From: the human T2T-CHM13v2.0 reference genome, Homo sapiens
Reading direction: 5' to 3' (one strand)
Assembly: GCF_009914755.1 (NCBI RefSeq)
Contig: NC_060932.1
Length of the DNA stretch: 64,000 nucleotides
Position 1 is the stretch's first letter; the number at the start of each line of letters is the position of its first letter. Positions 44,233 to 58,157 of the stretch are shown one piece after another. Below the pieces are notes generated by a model. The model did not search any database. It saw nothing but the letters and a program-made list of their open reading frames with translations, and had not been told where the DNA came from. The position numbers and the translations under genes are program-made.

Positions 44233-44453
44233 AAGACTTGGGAGATAAGGTTATTGGTAACATTCCACAGCACAGTTTCAACTGAGTGCTGGGATACAAA
44301 TTAGACTGCCCCAGACCTGCCTTACTATAGCTTTTTATCCCTACTATAATAACATCTATTAAAATTCATTTTTAATTCTCTTATGGTGATCAGTGTTTAT
44401 TCCTTTATTTTCATGTTTCGTTTTGTTCTTTGTGTTTAACTCTCTCCATCTAG

Positions 44454-44658
44454 GAATTTATCTTATTTCGCTACACAAAGTAGCCCATCTGCTGTCATTT
44501 TGAACCTGTGGGAAGCTCGTCATCAGCATGATGGTGATCTTGACTCCCTGGCCTGTGCCCTTGAAGAGATTGGGAGGACACACACGAAACTCTCAAACAT
44601 TTCAGAATCCCAGCTTGATGAAGCCGACTTCAACTACAGCAGGCAAAATGGACTCTAG
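44454..44658 (+). CDS. UNC5D: UNC5D last coding exon (C-half of death domain to stop)
   Basis: Long pyrimidine tract ...ctctctccatctag|G; phase-2 join gives (R)[67 protein letters not shown] then TAG 44656-44658; [11 protein letters not shown] is the UNC5 death-domain motif. Confidence 0.97.
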
Positions 44659-47600
44659 TCCACTTCCTCCCATGAGACAGAGTGATGGCCAGCTTGGGGA
44701 CATTTGCTTTAAATGGGAAAGAGGCCGCTTTCTGCCCAGTGGCGTTGGGGGAATTCAGCCTTCATTTATAATCAGTGAGATTCCCCTGTTGAAGAAACTA
44801 AATTTTATATAGGTAAAACATGTTAATAGGGAAGAGTACAAGCTCTCTTACATATAAGAGGGCTCTACTATCTCCTTGGAATCCACATTTGGGTTAACTC
44901 CTCAGATTTGGAGTGGCAAGGATAAAAGTGAGGGCAGAAGTAGCTGTGGGAAAAGATGAGCTATGATAATGCTGGGAAGGCAGAGATTGATTAAGTGCAT
45001 GCTTTGAAATAGGTTTTTAATGATGTGCCCCAAAGGGCCAGCTGATTCTGGTACTAGATTGTCAGAGTTTTCTACCAACTGGCATCTGTGATGTCAGAGA
45101 TCATTGTAAAAATGGCTTTTAGACGTGAAACAGGGTTGCCAACCCATTTGTATGACTTCAACAACGTCAAGGAGGGCATTTAGAATTTAGAATCTGAGCA
45201 CATCACACCAGCACCAGCTCCCTGTCTCTTCTAGCCACTTAATGGAGACACAATGGAGAGGTAAGACAGACCACAAACTAGTTCTTATAGTGTACTCCAC
45301 CTTTTACTTTTTTCCTGAGACAAATCTACCCTTATTCTTTCTTCCTCTTCCTTACCCCTTGCAGTAGGGAGGTATCAAGGAGCATAATTAAACTTGTCAA
45401 TACGGAAAGTTGTTTTTTCTAACACAACAAAGTGGGACCATCTCTATTCCCATCTAAGCCACTCAAATTGCTGAGTGCTATTAGAACACAGCTTATTACA
45501 TGGATATGGGGACAGGAGAGATTAAAGCAGGTTCAAAAACACATGAACTGCAGATGCCATAGGCCTCAAATCAGCTGTAATTCTAGGAGACACGTGTTGA
45601 TCTAGTTATCTAACATTGTTGTTATAAGAAAATGAGTTTACTGCATTTTTCAATCCAGATTCTTGAAATTGTCTAACATGTGGGTACTGTGTCATCACAA
45701 AATCTCTCAGTAAGGCTATATGTGATCCTCATTTTGCCTCTTGGGAAATTAGCAGATAGTCTTTGCTCTAAATGATATCTGAGTAAATAGACTTGAGGAA
45801 TCCTCTACCACAGTGTCCCTGAAACCACATGCATCATTCAGGAAGCCTTCACCCTGTGACTATTCAGCCTCCCTGAATATGCTTTCTCTATAGAACCACT
45901 AACATATGGCTATTGCTCTATGATTTTTTTTTTTACATTAGGAGGCAGTGATATTGTGGAAGATTGAAATCCACAGATAATTCATGACCCTCATCTTATC
46001 ACTTTACTCCATCTTTTTATCCTATTAAATTATTTTTGACAAGATGTCCTGGTAGACTAAAGGTGAACAGATTTGCTCTTGCTCATCTTCTGGTGGATAT
46101 TTTAACTTGCTATTCACAATCAGGACAACCAAAGTCAAGGACCCAGATGAACCACAAGGCAGCTAGTCAGCTACTTAGAGGTTGGTTACATTCGAATAAA
46201 AAGTAGTCAGGGAATGGGGGAGGTGGGGAGTTGGGGAGTACTTGGCAGTTGGGATATGATCCATTTTTTTAAACAAGTTTTTTGTAGATCCCTTGTAAAA
46301 TAATAATAATAATGTTGTGAATCTCCATGCCAAGTGAAAAAGGCCTAAAGATGAGTTGAATTTGTGATACCATGGGTAAGGCATGGAAGAACTCTTGAAT
46401 GTGTTGGCCATTTTCTCTAACTAACATGTGGTATGTATGGTCCCCTATATTAGATAGAAGTCTTTGCTACATGTAATTCAAAAGCATCTCGCTTTTCTCA
46501 GGAACCAAAGGCTTATGATGTAGGACAAAGAAATCATCTTAGAACTGTCAAGCATATTTTCACAATACCATGTCAAGATCAGGAAAACACCCTTTTGCTA
46601 GTGTGCTTAACTTATTTATTTCTTCTAGGAAACAATAGATAAACAGCATGAAAATGTAAATCATCTGGCATCACTGATAGAATTTCTGAAAGAGAAAGAG
46701 AAGTAGATGGTCAACCAGTCACTAGTTGGTTGGCATGAGGTGGTGTGCAGAGGAAAGCTGCATTCACTATTGAGTAAAAACTTGTAGAAAGCACATTATA
46801 GAGCTTATGTTGGAATCCATCTTGGAGGATTTTTGTTTTAAACTGTCTTTAGCATTTTCCCTCTTCCCTTCTAATGGGCATTATAATTGTTTCATCTACT
46901 CTGTGAATCTACATAGGTCTTTTTTTTTAGATGTTTGATACATTTTAAGTATTTTTAAATAGATGAAAATTCTAAATGATTTTCCCTCAAATCTATCTAG
47001 ATTATTTTAAGATGAGACAAGATTATTGTCAATCCCTGAATGTCTGGAGTTACCTCCCATGGATTTTTTTTTCCTTTGGCCTGGGTTTTATAAACAACTT
47101 GAACATCATATCATATAGGATAACAAAGGAGGAAGTTAACTTAATTCACCTCAGACTTCAGCCTAAGATTCAATCAAATTCATCCTTCAGCCTGTCTTGT
47201 TTCTTCTTTATGTTTCTTTTACTTATTGCTGCTAGGATCCTACATAGGATTTCTATAGAAATGTATGAAATTCTGTGGTCACTGCATGTCAGGATTGCAC
47301 AGTATGTTACAATACAATTTCAAAGAGAACCCACATTTGTGAGATTTACAGACCAAGGTGTGGTGGAGGAGGTAGAATTGCAGATCAGATAAAAAGTGAG
47401 CTTACACTTGAACTTAGTTATTCACTGTGACCTAAATTTAGTCCTATTGTAATATGTGCCTGTCACAACACAAATACCCCTCTTGAAAGAGATTTACTCA
47501 TCTATCCAAGCACTTAATTTGGAAATTTTATTGTCCTATTGCAAAATGAAACAAAATTAAAAGTGGCCTCGAGTACTTGGTAAGTTACTTAAAATTTTTA

Positions 47601-50208
47601 CAAAAATATCCCACTCAATGCCAAATCTTTCAGTCCTCAAAGGCATTTAAGTCCAATAGTCATGCTTTAAATATGGCTTTAAATTATGCCACCAAAATGG
47701 TGCACTTCACAGATTCACCAGACTGTAGCATCATAAAGTTAATTTACAGTTTTTACAACATTGCTTCTACATTCTTACTGGTTTACATTAAAATCCTTTA
47801 AGCCAAAAGGAAGCTTGCTCTATGGATTTAAATGCAAACTTCATTTACCAGTGCAGGAAGTCTCATAAAACTCAGATGTACTCCCACAAAAATTTTATTG
47901 GCCTTTTTGTAAGAGATGAAAAAGAATTGACACAGTTCTCTTTAAAGAGAAGAACTTTTTTATTATTATTTTTATCTCCAACTGCAGGTGGTGTCTTTTG
48001 CCAAGGTCTCTGTATTTTTCTTTCAGTTGTCTTTGGGAGGGGATGTTAAGTCAAATCACTAAAACAGGGTTCTCTTTGGATTAAAAGTTCTGGATTTATT
48101 GCAACTATTTTCCTTGAGAAACATTCTCAGCATCAGGATTGATAAACAAATGTAGATGATTAAAATAGGATAATTGGTTTTAGATAATATCTTCTACTGC
48201 CAAACTTCTGGCAAATTTACCTGTGAATTTCAAAATGTTATAAAATCTCTTGATATGCTTTTGTTTTTCCTTTTAGCCATTTTCTCTTCAATTTCTTAGT
48301 CCCTCTGCCCTCTGTAAATGTGTTGAGTGATATAGCTATCAGATGTATTGAAGGCAAAGTTCTCGCAGAGGTCTCTGTTCCAGCTCTGTAAAGGTCACAG
48401 GAATCGTGAAGGAGCTGAGAAATCTTCCTCTCCGGCCCACTGTCTGTGGCCCATTGTCATTGTTTCCTCATGAAACATTGCAGAGTTTGAATCCTCAGTA
48501 ACTCTCATTGACTGGATTAGAGGTGATGGCCACAGCAAATGGGAGAGCAAAATGTTGGCCTACAGAGAATGACACAATTTTATTCGCCTTTGGTGTTAGT
48601 TGCCATAGTGCTGTATTTGAAAATCGATGCTTTAGCCAAAAGCTGAATGACCACCGTTTCCGTAGTTTCCACTGTTTTGTCTGCATAGAATTTTCCTGAA
48701 CTACAAGCAAAAATGTATTTTGTCCAATGTCACAAAAGTGAAAATGTTACTAATCTTAGATGTGTTGCATATTTTGTGTTTTTACGTTCCAAACTCTTTC
48801 AAAAGCTGCCGTTACAAAGCTGTTTGGCTGTATTGACAGCATGTGGTGTTTTTACAAAAGCAATTCTAGGAGAGCCAGTGTCTACCATGAACTCCTGACA
48901 TCCCCACTCCAGGGTCATTCATGACATTGAAATGGCAACTTGTACACTGTAATTCTTCGAAAAGTAACAGGGGATGGAAATCAGACCTGGCCGTTAGTCA
49001 CTAGTGTGTAGTACCGTGATCTGAAGTAGGAAATTTAACTGACATAGAATAATTGTGGTTTTTGAAGCAGCTACTCATTGCTTTTTCCTTTTGCTGTGAA
49101 GATCATGGATTGGGAATGTCCTCGTGAGGTGGACCTAAGGCAGTAACATTTAAACTTCATGTCCTAGCACCCGCCCTCCATCTGACCCAAAGATAAAAAA
49201 GGCATCAAGCTTCATGGTTATGCCTAAGCTTAAAAATTCCCTTCCCCACTACTAATATTGAGTTCAGCAGGGCCCCATCTTACTTATTTTTCAAAAAAGT
49301 TATAGCTTTGAATTATAGACTATATTACTAAATTTGGTAAGGTAGTTCTTTGCATGAATGGGAATGTGTGTCAAAATACTTTCACAAAAGGCATGATTAC
49401 AATGGAAATGCCCCTTTGCCTCCAGTTTTGCTAACCCTAAAAAGTATTTCACTAATTTCAAGCACTGTTTACACTCAAATCCCAAAATTGGCCAAATTAT
49501 ATAATTCTCTTAAATTTTCATTTCTGTAGGTGGAGATTTAACTATGGTTCTGGTGAATCATAGAAGGGAGAGACAATATTTGAGGGGAGTTTATCAGCAG
49601 AATATCATGCCTTATGACCCCATTACTGAAACACAGACATTACAATCAGAAATAGACCTAATAATTCCAATATCCCTCCATTAACTAGTTCCAGTGATGC
49701 TGAGAGACACAGCACCCTGTGCCAGGTATCAGAAATATAAGCCTCAGCAGAGGGTAACTGAAAACTTTCAATCAGAAACACTCTCCAAGGCTTATGGCTA
49801 GATTATGTAGGTCACTACCATTCAAAACTTTTCTATACAAAGGTGGAAAAGCACTCAGAATCTGGGAATTTTCTGGTTGGAAGAACAATGTTCTCCTTTT
49901 CCAAATTGGAATAAAGACTCAGAATTACCCATTCTTCATAATCATGTCTGATTGGTACATACACTCCAGGAAGTCTCAACCTAGAAACATTTCCAACCTA
50001 AGCATTTAAAGGAAAACTGGCTCATTCTTCTGACCCAAACTCAAAAAATATGAGTACTTGCGTACCTCCATTTCTGCATGAAGATTTTAAAACAGATTTC
50101 ATTTTTTTCTGTTTATTTTGGGAAGGTGCGTGGGGGTGTTCTTTCAAGTGATTCACATCTCAAACCCATACCACTCTCAACTTTTATTTGATGTGTTCAA
50201 AGCCAAAA

Positions 50209-50224
50209 AATAAAATAAAATAAA
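50209..50224 (+). terminator. Three overlapping AATAAA hexamers, possible alternative poly(A) site
   Basis: aataaaataaaataaa; further single AATAAA at 46195-46200 and 49910-49915. Confidence 0.4.
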
Positions 50225-50613
50225 GCAGGGCTGAACACTTAATTTGACATGAAGCTGAAGGACTGAGCAAGCCAGAGGAGAGAGGTTGAATGAAGCATAG
50301 CCTTGGCTTCATACCACACTTTTTGTGCCTTGTATTATCAATGTAAATTCTGAATGTTGTACAGTAAACTTGGATGGACTTCTTAGAAAAGGCTGCACTG
50401 GCTTCTTTTTCAGCACATGTACATATCTATAAATATATATACATATATATTTGGTAATGCCAAACAGCTCTGTTATATTGTATTGAACAAAATGGACGGT
50501 TTGGATGTTTTATGTCGAGTTTGCAAAAAAAAAAAAAAAAAAAAAAACTGGATGGTTGCAGACTTTTCAAGATAAATGTACAGACGTAAATTACTGCATA
50601 TCAGTTATTTATG

Positions 50614-50619
50614 AATAAA
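50614..50619 (+). terminator. Probable distal polyadenylation signal AATAAA
   Basis: AATAAA preceded by several TGTA (CFIm-type) motifs in 50331-50580 and followed by a CA and T-rich sequence around 50634-50640. Confidence 0.75.
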
Positions 50620-50863
50620 GAGTCTTTTATTGACATTTTAGGATACTACATGAGTGGCACTTTGAAATCTCGATGAGGATGAGATTTGTATACCTCCTGC
50701 CATGTCCTAGCAGGAGATGGAATGCTCTCCGAAAGGACAATTTCCAAATACCTGTTAACATATGGAACCAAATTTCTTGCTCAAGCCTTGAGAGTGAGGC
50801 AGTGTTGTGAGGCTACTGGAAGCAAGAAGATTGTCTTCTAACATTCCCACCCCAGCCAGTAAC

Positions 50864-50867
<4 letters not shown>

Positions 50868-50894
<27 letters not shown>
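50868..50894. repeat. (AC)n microsatellite
   Basis: Direct reading. Confidence 0.9.
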
Positions 50895-51381
50895 TTCCTT
50901 AGGATATAGTTTCATACAATCCAAGGTCATCATAGCCATACCATAACTGGAATACTGGAATACCAATCACCTTATTCCTCAAAATGCTTGGGCTATTTTT
51001 CCAGACTGTACAGAACATTTTCTGCCCTTCTGTGGGAAAATGTTAATAGTTACATTGTTGTACATTCCAAAGACATGTGGCTGATTAAACCTGCTTTAAG
51101 AGGTTTTAAAATGCTGAGAGCTCCCCCAAATTTACTCATAACTACTTAGAGAACAGGCCAGAGCCAGTTGAACTAGAATGTTCCACCCAAAGATGGCTTC
51201 TGGTCTATTTAAACTAGTTAGTTATAATTTTTAAAAAGGTCAAAAGTTGATTTAAACCGGTTTTTTAAAAAATACCATTTCCATATAAAAACATTTATTT
51301 TTTCAAATTAAGTTTTAAAAGCTATGAAGTAAAATGAAATATTCTCTACACTACGCTTTTGAAAACCTTTATGTATATGAT

Positions 51382-51677
51382 GGCCAGGCGCCATGGCACA
51401 TGCCTGTAATCCCAGCAGTTTGGGAGACCAAGGCAGGCAGATTACTTGAGGTCAGGAGTTCAAGACCAGCCTGGCCAACATGGTGAAGCCTCGTCTCTAC
51501 TAAAAAAAAAAAAATACAAAAATTAGCTGGCCGTGGTGGCACATGCCTGTAATCCCAGCTACTTGGGAGGCTGAAGCAGGAGAATCACCTGACCCAGGAG
51601 GCAGAGGTTGCAGTGAGGCAAGATCATGCCACTGCACTGCAGCCTGGGTGACAGAGTGAGACTCCATCTCAGAAAAG
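51382..51677 (+). mobile_element. Alu (AluS-like)
   Basis: Consensus; ~20-bp TSD AAAAC(C/A)TTTATGTATATGAT. Confidence 0.95.
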
Positions 51678-52051
51678 AAAACATTTATGTATATGATAGA
51701 TCTGAAGGAGGGGAGTCTATGCAGCACTTCCTAAGCCCTGTTGACCATGTAATTCTTTTTCTTATGGGACTACAGCGACAGATAAGAATATCCACAAAGA
51801 GGCTGTGTGTGGTTCCAACAGTTCTTTCTGACCACTTTAAATTAGGCAGAGCTTTAATGCTAATTAAAATATACTTAATATACAGGCCTAATGAAAATTA
51901 GTTGAAATTGACTTAAACGAGGTAAATCAGTTATAGCTATGCAACACCAGACCCAAAATCTCAGAATTATTTGAATAGTTAGAGCAAATAAATCCAATTT
52001 GAGTTCCTCAAAATAGATTTTAACTAGAAGAATCATGTGGCCAGCATAAAG

Positions 52052-52100
52052 ATCTGGATGTAACTAGTTCATCTGGATGAAACTAGTTCATCTGGATGAA
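52052..52100. repeat. 19-bp tandem repeat, about 2.5 copies, internally palindromic
   Basis: atctggatg(t/a)aactagttc repeated. Confidence 0.92.
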
Positions 52101-53469
52101 AATGTAACAGATTGGCTTGAACCTGTAATAAACTATTAAAAAAAATTTGAATCTTCATTTAAAAGCTGCTTTATTGAGTTAGGAACTAATTCTGAATGGA
52201 TTAAGTTAGTTTGGATGAATTAATGCTTTTTTTATATAGTGAACATTTGTTAGAATTTGATTTTATTCTGACAGGGGTTAACTCATTCACTCAAAAAATA
52301 GTTATGTAGCATTTTCTCCATGACAGCAGAGTCTGGGTTCAAGTCCTGACTCAATCATTTTGCACTTGATGTCAGGCAAGATACTTAACATTTCTGCTTC
52401 ATTTATAATATAGGGATAAGAAGAGAATTGTATATTCTCCCCAAAGTCTAAAGATTACATGAAAGGGTTCATGTAAAGCCCTTAGCACACTCCATGGTCC
52501 TTAGTAAACAGTCAGTGAGGGCTTACTTTCATCTTATTTTAGAGAGGTGGTATGCATAGTAGTTAGCAGAATGAGTTCGGGAGCAGATAGGCTTGGATGG
52601 GAATCCTGAGTCTGTCCCACTTTGGATTTGTGACCTTGGCCAAGAGACTGTCTCTAAAAGATGACAATCATATCCAGTTCACTGGGCATAAAGTAAGTGT
52701 TCAAGAACTATTTTAACCATAAACACATCTACAACTGTTTCTGGCTAGTTGGGCTTCTGAATAGAGACATCCTGGAGCATTCGTTGTATACACATAGTGA
52801 GGTTACAGCAGGACCAATAATGTACTCAATGTTAGTATCTTTCTGATACCTAAAATTTATTTAAGAAAAAAAAAACATGTCTTACTGTCGCTGAATTAAG
52901 TGAAATGCAACTTATTTTCTAATATAAAGGTTAATGCTTCATAAAGTGAGTTAAAAATACTCTAGTAAGGTCCCATATTTTTATACCACATAAGATGATT
53001 TTAGGAAAGAACTTAGAGTTGATGATGAGGCAAATGCATGTTTAAGGCATATCTAAGACAAATCACATTTTGTCTAAATGTTAGTGTTCCTGCATAAAGT
53101 AAGTGCTCCACCAATGAGACGATCCATTCTCTGGTTTTCAGATGACACCAGGGCCTTAAAACCATGAGTTTTTGCACAAATTAAATGTTAAAGAGTTATG
53201 CAAGCACTATCATCTGCTATGTGCTAGACCTCTCTGCTACAATCAGACATTCACAATTAAGACATTAACCCAGCCTTCAAGAAGCTCACTATCTCCAACT
53301 CAAGAGATTATTACACCATCCAACAAAAAGTGTTAGGAAAAAGGGAAGCACCACTGTTAAGATAAAACAAAGGAGGAACACTGAAACCAGATTGTGTTGT
53401 GTGAGGGAAAGTTCCATGGAGAAGCTGCCATTGAGCTAAGACCTAAAGGTGGTCTATTAATAAAGCGAC

Positions 53470-53985
53470 TTCTAGAATAACAGAGTACAACAAACCCTAG
53501 AATTTATGGCTTCAAATAACACCCATATATTATTCACATAAATGTATGGTTCAGCTGGGAGGTCCTCATGATCTAAACCTGGCACGGTTGACCTCAGCTG
53601 GATTCAGGCATGTAACTGCAATTAATTAAAAGATTGAGCTGGGCTAGCTCTTCCAGATTAGGCTCCTTCTACATTTGGGGCCTTGGTTAGGACAACAGGA
53701 TGGACTACACTCTGCTCCTTGTGCCTCATGGTCCAATAGGCTAGGCTGGACATGTTCTCATGGTAAAGGCAGAAAAAGAGATGTGTGGAGTCTCTTGTGA
53801 AGCCTACACTTGGAATATCATCATTTTTTTCGCAATATTCTAATGGCTAACACCACCCACAAGACCTGCCCGTTCAAGGGATAAGGAAATAGAATCCACC
53901 TCTAGATGAGAATTGCTGGAAAATCACATTGTAAAGGGTGTGGATACATGAAGGGATAGAGAACTGGGACCATGGTTTCAATTTC
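53470..53985. mobile_element. MaLR LTR (MLT1-like)
   Basis: aacaaacc...ggcttcaaataacac...cagctggg...catgttctcatggtaaaggcaga...tccacctctagatgaga motifs; boundaries approximate. Confidence 0.65.
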
Positions 53986-55879
53986 TTCATCAGAGATGAG
54001 TAAGAATTTGTCAGGCAAAAAATAAAAGAGGAAGAACATTCAAACAGAAAGATTAGCATTGGCAATTAATAAAGATTTTATTTAAGAGAGGCAGCCAGAC
54101 TATTTTCATGCCTCTAGTCCTTACAACCCTGAGTCTTCTACAGTAGCACTCCCCAAACTTCTCTTCTGTGTTGTTAGGTTCTGATCAGACATGATTAGCC
54201 ATGTTTAGAAAAGGATGAGTTAATTTCATTTACAGAGGTTTCTTTATTGTGCGATCTCTCAAAGGCTTTAACACAATAATGGTAGTTATTTTCAGTGCAG
54301 TCAATATTCTAGACACTTTATATGAATTCACTCATTTTACTCCCCTAGTAATCACATGAAGGCAGTACAATTATTGCTCATATTTTGTAAAGGGAGAAAC
54401 TGAGGAAAAGAGAAGTTTATGTGCATTTTTAATCACTCCACTGCAGCTACTGTTTGTAGCATTTTCCAAGTATTTATCATCGCCTAACTCTTACTTAATG
54501 AGCTGTAGTAACATCTCAGAGTTCACATTTTGGTGTATATTTTCTCTAAAGATATATGAGATAAAGTGTGTGCTCCATGCTAAATTAATTTAGTCCAGAT
54601 TTTCTTACATTTGTTATCTATCCACCCATTTCTCTGCAATTTACAAAATTTCATATTTTTAAACATATAAGCCCCTAGCAACCTTTTTAACATTATAATT
54701 CTTGCCTGTGAATGCTTGATTTAACCATGTTTCTTTGTAACTCATTAGAAATACATCCTTAAAACTGTAAGAATTAGTTATATTTTTGCTAAACCTTATA
54801 AAGACTACTTCTTTAAAAAGTTGGAGGCATGTTTATAAGCGATTAAGTAACTGGTATCAGGTCATTGCAATTTTGCTCTAAGCTCAGAGCAAAATTCAAT
54901 GTGTCATTTCTTCAAAAGGAATGTTAGGTGTCCAGCCATCTGAAAGATGCTGTGCAGCTAAGTGGGAAAAGCCTGAAATAGGAAGAGAAGACATGTGTTC
55001 TAATCTCAGCTCTCATGCCTACCAGTGGAGTCACAGACAATTCATTTCATTTTTTGAATCTCGGTTTTCACCTCTGTAAAATCAGCATTATGAATATCCT
55101 GCCACACTTCCCATATTTGGCTACAGCAGGGGTCAAATGAAATACTGTATGTAAGGGGTAAAAAAGCTTTGTAGTCTAATAAGTGCTATGCAGGTACGTG
55201 TTTTAACAGAATGGGAATTGTACATTGACTGTCAAAGAGTAAACAAAAGACTAGAAATTAATTATTTTAGAGCAATTTGTTAGAAATACACATAAAAAAT
55301 GTTAAATGACCATGACTTGTTCCTTCATCTCCAATCCCTAGGCTGAATAATTTAGCTAGAATAGCCAGAGAAACAAGTAATCTCTTCTCCTAGTATCATA
55401 TCTTTAAAAATCCAAAGACTGAAAAAGATCATCAATATGTGTGTGTGGTTAGCCATGTCCTAAGTGAAAAATTATACAAAATCCTAAAGTCAACTACATA
55501 TTTGTTTTTATCATTGAAAGAGATAAAAGTTAACACTTCTTATTCTAGGCTTTTATGGGCCCAAACTATCATGTGTTTTTACTGTCCTTTAAAATCTAGG
55601 CAAACAGGAAAACACAATTCACATTTAATTGTGCCTTCTATTGTCTCGCTGCTTTCAGTGAGCTTATTTTTTAAAATAACCTTTACTGCTTGTAACTATA
55701 GAGGAAGCACTGTAGTACACAATGGAAATTCAGTAGTAAACAAAAATAAATATCCCATTCTCACAGAGATGTCACTCTTGTGGGGAAAGACAGGGTAAAG
55801 GCTAAATACAAAGTGAAATACAGAGTAAGTTAGATGCAGAAAAGAGGAATAGGGTATCTGGGGTTGTGATTTGGTTCGT

Positions 55880-56189
55880 GTTTTGTTGTTGTTTTTAGAA
55901 ACAGGGTCTCACTCTGTTGCCCAGGCTGGAGTGCAATGGCACCATCATAGCTCACTGTAGCATCCAACTCTCCAACTCCTGAGCTCAAGCGATCCTCCTG
56001 CCTCAGCCTCCTGAGTAGCTAGCACTACAGACAAATGCCACCACACCCAACTAAATTTTTAAAAATTTTTTGTAGAGAGAGAGTCTTGCTATGTTGCTAG
56101 GCTGGTCTCAAACTTCTGGCCTCAAGCCATCTTCCCACCTTGGCCTCCCAAACAGTTGGGAATACAGGCATGAGATACTGCACCTGGCC
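55880..56189 (-). mobile_element. Alu (AluJ-like)
   Basis: acagggtctcactctgttgcccaggctgg...atcatagctcactg. Confidence 0.92.
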
Positions 56190-56966
56190 ATTGGTTTGTA
56201 TTTTTAAATAGGGTTGTCAGTCAAGGCCTCATTGAGAAGGTGACTTTTGACTAGATACCTGAAGGAGATGAGAGAGTGAACCAGGAAGACCCTTGGAAGG
56301 AGAGGATTCAAAGTCAAGGAACCAGCAGCTGTAGAGGCTTTGAGGTGGAAGCATGGTGCACCTATTCAAGGAGCAGCAAGGAGGTCAGTGTGAGCGAGAG
56401 AATAGTAGGAGGTGAGTTCAGAGAAGTGAAGGGGTAGATCATAGATGGCTTACCAGGCTCTAGCTTATACTCCATATGAAATGGGGAGCTATCGGAGAAA
56501 TTTGAGCTGTGTCAGCAGGATCACACTGGCAACTAGAGAATATGTCGGGGAAGAAGGAGGCAAGCAGGGAGATTACTGCTGTAGTAATTCACAGGAGACG
56601 ACTGTGAGTTAGTGCAGGGCAATTGCAGTAAAGGTGATCACAGGTGTTTGAATCATAGATATATTCTCAAGGCAGAGCTGGCAGAATTTGCTGATGTAAC
56701 AGATACATGTTGTGAAAGGAAGAAATCCATGATGACTCCAAGATTTTGGTCTAAGCAACCAAAAACATGGAGATGCCACTACCTGGGATAGAGTTTTATG
56801 GAGATAGGTTTTGAGGAAAGTGGAGACCAGGAGCTCTATTTTGTGTGTTTGAGGTTCACAGCACCTATGAGACATCCAAGTGAACATTTGGATTATACAT
56901 CTGGGCTTATCAGTTTGAGGCTCAAGGGAGAGGAATATACTTGGTAGTTGCCAAAATACAGACAAC

Positions 56967-57128
56967 TCTCATGTCTCCTTAAAATATATACAAGCAAGCT
57001 GTACCCTGACCACCTTGGACACGTGTTGTCAGGACATCCTGAGGCTGTATCATAGGTGCCTTCTTAACCTCGGCAAAGTAAACTCTCTAAATTGATAGAG
57101 ACTTGTCTCACTTACTTGTGAGTTCACA
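56967..57128 (+). mobile_element. 3' part of MER4-family LTR (duplicated copy)
   Basis: tctcatgtctccttaaaat...caagctgtaccctgaccaccttgg...gagacttgtctca...gttcaca. Confidence 0.8.
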
Positions 57129-57543
57129 AGTGCTTTGAAAAGAAACCAACTCTGATGTCTAAAAGAATTTTGTAGTGACAATACATTGATACAAGTCTTT
57201 ATATTATTAAGAGAAAAATGTTTTCAAAGAGTTCAAAACATCACACACACGGAAATATAAAAAAGATATGACAAGAGTTTTATTTACTTCATTCACTAAT
57301 GAAGAAGTTGGTAAGACGTTACAAATCAGTTCAAAGAAGAATTTGAAGAATGATACACATGTGCATATACATGTATTTAAAATCATGAGACTCCACCAAG
57401 CCTTGAGGCACTCAAAAATTAAGACCTTCAGGAGATGAGAAGAAATCTGTAGAGACTGGGAAAGAGTAGCGTGTGAGGTAAAAGGGAAATCAGGAGGGTG
57501 ATGTCTGAACAAGGGAAGAATGTGCAAACAACAAATGGGCATG

Positions 57544-58157
<614 letters not shown>

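Larger units (their letters stand above)
44659..50640 (+). other. UNC5D: UNC5D 3'UTR (~6 kb; 3' end approximate)
   Basis: Follows the stop codon; AT-rich with no recognisable Alu until after the distal AATAAA (50614-50619); Alu and MIR fragments resume downstream. Confidence 0.75.

Noticed and set aside
44656-44665. Stop-codon readthrough
   Set aside because: Context is TAG TCC, not the UGA CUAG readthrough motif.
44528-44812. 94-aa ORF overlapping the last exon
   Set aside because: Alternative frame of the UNC5D terminal exon with no family resemblance; the true frame is set by the phase-2 junction.
46976-47392. 138-aa ORF in the 3'UTR
   Set aside because: AT-rich composition, no domain resemblance; consistent with chance.
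52052-52100. Palindromic repeats resembling CRISPR direct repeats
   Set aside because: Units are contiguous with no spacers, only about 2.5 copies, in a mammalian context.
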